Shown here in pieces: positions 15,920-20,000 of a stretch of DNA of 20,000 bases; the stretch's first letter is position 1; the number at the start of each line of letters is the position of its first letter. Below the pieces are notes generated by a model. It was given only the letters and a program-made list of their open reading frames with translations. It was not told the DNA's origin and did no database searches. The stretch lies in the IMG/VR virus record IMGVR_UViG_2558860259_000003. One strand, 5' to 3'. Made by a program: the position numbers and the translations under genes. The DNA is from an uncultured virus (IMG/VR IMGVR_UViG_2558860259_000003). Taxonomy: Duplodnaviria > Heunggongvirae > Uroviricota > Caudoviricetes.

Positions 15920-15959
15920 TATAATAGGCATGGCTTATGGTTATGCTATGCCTATTATA
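15920..15959. terminator. Inverted repeat between convergent genes (probable bidirectional terminator)
   Basis: TATAATAGGCAT (15920-15931) pairs perfectly with ATGCCTATTATA (15948-15959), extendable by GGC/GCT. Confidence 0.55.
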
Positions 15960-15984
15960 AATTAATTATAGATAGTAGATGCTA

Positions 15985-16251
15985 TTAGGCTGTCCAAGTA
16001 CCGTATCTGCATCCTTGACTTAGTAAACCACTCTCGTAAATCGTTTCGGAGGATTTAAGTACACCGTTCTGATATGTGTCTTTTCGATAAACACATCTCA
16101 CGGAAATATAGGCTGGGCTTGGTATTGCTGTGATGAATGTATATTTTATTATGTTATTTGAAACTCCAAATTTCACCGCTTTTACCGGTGTAGATACTGA
16201 AGCCAAAACAAGTAAAGCCGCAACTAATGATGGTATTTTTTTTATGGTCAT
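15985..16251 (-). CDS. Small secreted protein (88 aa, Sec signal peptide, two Cys); moron between chaperone and tape-measure genes
   Basis: RBS GAGG upstream of ATG 16251. MTIKKIPSLVAALLVLASVSTPVKA is a signal peptide with a probable VKA cleavage site. AT-rich and antisense to the tail genes. Confidence 0.7.
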   Translation of the reverse strand: MTIKKIPSLVAALLVLASVSTPVKAVKFGVSNNIIKYTFITAIPSPAYISVRCVYRKDTYQNGVLKSSETIYESGLLSQGCRYGTWTA

Positions 16252-16483
16252 AGACGCCTCAGAGGTTAGGTTGTTTATTGCACTGCAAATAATGCCTATT
16301 GGCGACGCAGCACTACTTAATATCATTGAGTTAAAAACAAGGAGTCAACGGAATGCTTCATAAATGGAGTTATCTTAATATATTAAGGTTTAATTCTTAG
16401 TGATGCTTCATTGGTCTGCTCAGTAAATTACCTTATGAAATGTCTCACATTTTTGATAAATGCACACTTTTCTGGAGCAAGGC

Positions 16484-16820
16484 ATGGCAGATATTGCATC
16501 GATCTCCCTGCGCGTCGATACCGACGAACTACAGCGGGGTAATAACGAGCTGGATAGATTCCAGCAAAAGGCCACAGGCGCGGCTGGTGCGGCGGATGGT
16601 TTTAACGCATCGGGAAGGGCGACAATAAAGGTTTCCCAAGAGATAGTCCAAGCGGTGGCGGATACACACCGTCGAGTTTCGGAATACACTGCTGGGTTAA
16701 ATAAAACGCAGTCTGAGGCAAAGAGCAATGCTCAGGCCACTGCGCAACAGAGACGAGAATTACGTGATTTACTGACGCAGATAAACCCGGTTGCTGCTGC
16801 GTTTGAAAGACTCGATAACC
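16484..16820 (+). pseudogene. Tape measure protein, N-terminal fragment
   Basis: RBS GGAG then MADIASISLRVDT...QQRRELRDLLTQINPVAAAFERLD, typical of lambdoid tape-measure N-termini. Follows the chaperone genes and breaks off at about 16817-16824. Confidence 0.8.
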
Positions 16821-17767
16821 CAGTGTGGGTGTTCTACGGTACCCGCTGACTAAAGTCGGTATCTTGGTTGTTTATAAAAGTGGCATTGATCCCGATGGGT
16901 ACACACAACTCTATTACCCATCAGCAACGAGTAGTAACGAGCTATACCGCCGCAATTTCTACGCAGGTAACTGGTACACGTGGAATTTTTATGGCGATGC
17001 ATCACAAGCTGGGTCAAACAACTTTACTGGCGTAAACGCATTCACGCTACAACCATATGCCCGCGCAGGATACCGAGCAAACAGCTTTGGTGTAACGACA
17101 AGTGCTGGCTACGGCTGATGGAAATTCCACTACAGCGACAGCAAAAATACTGCGGCACAGCGATAGATTGGAAGTCAACGCGATGACAAAACCGTTGGTG
17201 CTGATGGGCGACTCGAATGTGTCCGGGGGCGTGAGCGGTGTAAAAGTTCGCGTCGGCACGACAAACCACTCTGTTTATCACGCTGGGAATACCGCTGTTG
17301 ACGCGAACGGATTTATCAAAATCGCGAGTCCGATAGTCCGGCTGTTTGGTAACGCCACTAGTGTGCTGAATGCAGAAAGTGAGGGGGTGACAACCGAGCG
17401 CATCACGACTGCCGTTTACCGGGTTTCCGGCCTTCTGGGCTTCAATGGCGACGGCGCGTGGGGTGGTGCCGGAAACGGCATAGAAATCCCGCTTGATGAG
17501 AACAAACGCGGCCTTGTGTGGGTGGTGCCTAAAGTCTTGCCAGATGGCGGCATTGAAATCCGCACGTATCACCGAACATACGATACTGGCCCATACTCAA
17601 CGCGAAACATCGAGTGCATGGATAGCGGTGCCGTTGATAAAAATGGCAACGCCGTGTTTGTACCGATACCAGACAGTACACCGGTTGATATCCCTGTTGG
17701 CCGGAGGGTTGATTTGCGTGTTGAAATGCCAGTAGCTGATAAACCCGATAATGCGGTAGAGGAGTAA
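16821..17767 (+). pseudogene. Tail fibre C-terminal fragment, frameshifted near 17110-17118
   Basis: A knob-like motif (YPLTKVGILVVYKSG...TQLYYP...LYRRNFYAGNWYTW) in one frame ends at TGA 17116-17118. The next frame carries a typical fibre C-terminus (VYHAGNTAVDANGFIKIASPIVRLF...NAESEGVTTERITTAVYRVSGLLGFN...IEIRTYHR...VDLRVEMP). Confidence 0.8.
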
Positions 17768-17807
17768 GAGGGCCGGGATTTTGAACTGACCCCATAAAGT
17801 TGGACGA

Positions 17808-18650
17808 CTAACTCTGAGTCCGATATTGTACCGGGCTCAGAGCGCCAAGTTTCATCTTTATCCTGTCATGATTGTAGTAATGAATATAGCTGTGTATTTC
17901 CCTTGTTAAATCAGTTATATCAACAAACTGTTTTCCATGAAAGCACTCTGTTTTCAGTATCCCAAAGAAATTTTCAATTACCGCGTTGTCCAGACAATTT
18001 CCTTTTCGGGACATACTTTGAGTAATTCCATTTTTTTTAAGATTTTCTTGAAATGGTATCATCTGATACTGCCAGCCTTGATCTGAGTGAAGGATCGGCT
18101 TTTCGCAAGTATTTAGTTTTTCAATGGCTTTGCCAAGCATCTTATCAACCATTTTCAAATTTGGGATATCACCCAATTCATAGGAGATTATTTCACTGTT
18201 ATATAGGTCAAGAATGGGAGATAAATATAGTTTTTTCCCATTGATATTGAATTCTGTGACATCAGTTACCCATTTCTGGTTGGGAGCTGAAGCCTGGAAA
18301 CAGCGCTGGATATGGTTCGGAACACCTTTTCCATGTACTCCTTTGTAGGACTGGTATTTTTTCCTTCTAACAAATGAAGCGATATTGAGCTCGTGCATCA
18401 ATCGTTGGATCGTCTTATGATTTATCCAATAGCCTAATTTACGGGCTGTTGCGGTAATTCTACGATACCCGTACCTACCTTTATGTTTATGAAATATATC
18501 TAAAATAATCTTCTTTTCTTCCGTGTAAGGCTGAGGCCTTTCACTAATTTGTAGTTGATAATAGAACGTACTTCTCGGTAACCCAACCACCAGAAGTAAT
18601 AAGCGTAGTGCATGATATGGCCTTAATTCATTTACGATTTTTGCTTTTTC
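17808..18650 (-). CDS. IS3-family transposase OrfB (DDE domain), -1 frame relative to OrfA
   Basis: Motifs YGYRRI, PNQKWVTDVTEF, LHSDQGWQY, SMSRKGNCLDNAVIENFFGILKTE. The frame is open upstream of the called GTG through EKAKIVNELR at the OrfA overlap. Confidence 0.92.
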   Translation of the reverse strand, partial: EKAKIVNELRPYHALRLLLLVVGLPRSTFYYQLQISERPQPYTEEKKIILDIFHKHKGRYGYRRITATARKLGYWINHKTIQRLMHELNIASFVRRKKYQSYKGVHGKGVPNHIQRCFQASAPNQKWVTDVTEFNINGKKLYLSPILDLYNSEIISYELGDIPNLKMVDKMLGKAIEKLNTCEKPILHSDQGWQYQMIPFQENLKKNGITQSMSRKGNCLDNAVIENFFGILKTECFHGKQFVDITDLTREIHSYIHYYNHDRIKMKLGALSPVQYRTQS

Positions 18651-19156
18651 TTTTGCATCAATTCGTTTTCTTGCTGAATTAAGGCCTGTAATTTTTTTAG
18701 GTAAGCATTCTCTGCGCGAAGATATTCCAGTTCTTCCTGTTCGGAACTGAAGGATGACGATTGTGTGCTTGGCAGTTTGGGTGTGATTTTGATGGTTTTT
18801 ATCATCGGCGGTCGCTCCTTTCGGTTTCCTTGCAATGCATCTATCCCGCCACTGTTATACAACTTTTCCCACTTTGAAGCAGTAGGTGGAGCAATTTTAT
18901 ACTTGGCAGCAACCTGTCGCGATGATAGATGATTCTCCCACATATCAAGAACAATAGCCTCCTTCGAGGCGGCAGAAAAACGATGATACGACGTCTCAAA
19001 ACCATCATGGCCATGAGCCTTATAAACCTCAGCCCACTTACGGACAGTACCATGATCGATCTTGAATCTCTTTGCCGTCAAGTCTGCTCCCTCGATTCGT
19101 GAAAGGTAGTGCTTAGCGACTTGCACCTTGAATTTTACGGAATATTTTCTTCGCAT
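18632..19156 (-). CDS. IS3-family OrfA (tandem HTH plus leucine zipper)
   Basis: MRRKYSVKFKVQVAKHYL..., two HTH units and C-terminal EELEYLRAENAYLKKLQAL. Confidence 0.9.
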   Translation of the reverse strand: MRRKYSVKFKVQVAKHYLSRIEGADLTAKRFKIDHGTVRKWAEVYKAHGHDGFETSYHRFSAASKEAIVLDMWENHLSSRQVAAKYKIAPPTASKWEKLYNSGGIDALQGNRKERPPMIKTIKITPKLPSTQSSSFSSEQEELEYLRAENAYLKKLQALIQQENELMQKKKQKS

Positions 19157-19224
19157 GAAAATCTGCACCCTGTGGATTTATTGTCCAACTTTAAGGGTGC
19201 AGTTCAATTTCTCCCGGCCATTTG

Positions 19225-19542
19225 TCAGTCATAGAGCCAGCGGCCAGCTTTGGCGGACTCAACAAGCATCCAGACATATAGAGGTTTTAGCGGCGGATCT
19301 GGTTCAGGTGAACCCAAAAAGGCAGGATCGAAATAACGCGTTATATCAAACCCTTCAAGTTTTACTTTCCAGTGCTTAAAATAATAATCAAGTGTGTCTT
19401 CAGCATCTTCCCACAGGATATCTATACCAGCTTCTGTCAACTCGGTATCAAGCGTGATCGTTGGCCGTGAGCCAAATAGATAATATTTTCGTGGGCTATG
19501 TTGCTCGAAAATATAATCAATTATCTCTTTTTCAATGCTCAT
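19225..19542 (-). CDS. DUF1493-like protein (105 aa)
   Basis: ITLDTEL...EDAEDTLDYYF...FDITRYFDP...PLYVWMLVESAKAGRWLYD pattern. ATG at 19542 is coupled to the upstream stop (TGATG). Confidence 0.75.
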   Translation of the reverse strand: MSIEKEIIDYIFEQHSPRKYYLFGSRPTITLDTELTEAGIDILWEDAEDTLDYYFKHWKVKLEGFDITRYFDPAFLGSPEPDPPLKPLYVWMLVESAKAGRWLYD

Positions 19543-20000
19543 CAGAAATATGTCCATTGAATGCGGTCTTTCGGTGCGACGATGCTGTTAAAAACTTGAC
19601 TGGTATCCCGCAATATAGCCTGAGCATACCAGATAGCAGCACCATACCCGATCCAGGGTACATAGCGACCGATAATGGCTCCAATTTTATTAGTGCGTGA
19701 GATACGCATACTCGAAATACGGCCAGTAATTGTAGGGATCTGCATCCCAAGTGGCAGCCTGGCATTTGGCAGCATCTTTCTAGAAAGAATGGATGCAATG
19801 CTTGTTCCTTTAGTGGCACCTGCGGGTTTGCTGGGGGTTGGCAATATGGGGTATCCGGCAATAATCCCTGCCGCTGCTGTTACACCAATCTCTAAATGTT
19901 GACTCATTGCATCAATTAGAATGAGTGCCCACAGCTCATCTGGTTTCAGGTTCCAGTAACCTTTGTAAAAATATCCCTTTACCTGTTCAACCGTATCCAT
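19542..20000 (-). CDS. STM2901-like protein (152 aa)
   Basis: MDTVEQ..YFYKG..NL...EL...KPAGATKGTSIASILSRK...TNKIGAIIGRYVPWIG motifs, with the DUF1493-like gene directly downstream. The start codon sits at the window edge. Confidence 0.7.
   Translation of the reverse strand: MDTVEQVKGYFYKGYWNLKPDELWALILIDAMSQHLEIGVTAAAGIIAGYPILPTPSKPAGATKGTSIASILSRKMLPNARLPLGMQIPTITGRISSMRISRTNKIGAIIGRYVPWIGYGAAIWYAQAILRDTSQVFNSIVAPKDRIQWTYF

Larger units (their letters stand above)
17782..19206 (-). mobile_element. IS3-family insertion sequence (IS150-like group), 1425 bp, apparently intact
   Basis: TG...CA ends. 24-bp terminal inverted repeats (17782-17805 TGAACTGACCCCATAAAGTTGGAC and 19183-19206) match at 21/24. 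ATTT target duplication at 17778-17781 and 19207-19210. Contains overlapping orfA and orfB. Confidence 0.95.

Noticed and set aside
15920..15929. TATAATAGGC shared with operator 2 (6163-6172), suggesting cross-regulation by the HTH protein
   Set aside because: The palindrome geometry differs, the site lies between convergent gene ends in a different element, and a terminator explains it.
16460..16849. 129-aa ORF as an intact gene
   Set aside because: It is a tape-measure N-terminus running a few codons out of frame into tail-fibre DNA after a deletion junction.
1..20000. CRISPR array, tRNA/rRNA, retron or diversity-generating retroelement, invertible tail-fibre cassette
   Set aside because: By eye I found no regularly spaced repeats, RNA-gene signatures, reverse transcriptase motifs, template/variable repeat pair or invertase. 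A covariance-model scan was not possible.

Overview
Accessory, phage-derived DNA, most likely from an Enterobacterales chromosome, in three blocks. (1) 1-~14980 is the distal late (virion) region and right end of a podovirus-type prophage. It holds a 5'-truncated tail protein gene, a tail/host-specificity gene split by a -1 frameshift, a GNAT-like gene, four putative ejection-protein genes and a 2481-aa polyvalent protein (LPD1-like, zincin-like and LPD38-like regions). An AT-rich insert at 5744-6859 carries a Cro/C1-type HTH gene, two 17-bp palindromic operators, a CRP-like box, two small coupled ORFs missed by the ORF track and two tandem terminators. (2) ~14830-15060 is an attachment junction. 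Its core matches the 3' end of the SdsR/RyeB sRNA as I recall it, and it has arm-type repeats on both sides plus an IHF site, suggesting tandem prophage integration. (3) 15074-20000 is a collapsed lambdoid prophage relic. An integrase C-terminus abuts a tail assembly chaperone remnant that retains its A-AAA-AAC slippery site. Next come an intact secreted moron gene and a tape-measure N-terminus fused to a frameshifted tail fibre. An intact IS3-family element then sits in the loop of a terminator hairpin (ATTT duplication), followed by an STM2901-like/DUF1493-like gene pair. Family names come from motif recognition, not database searches.
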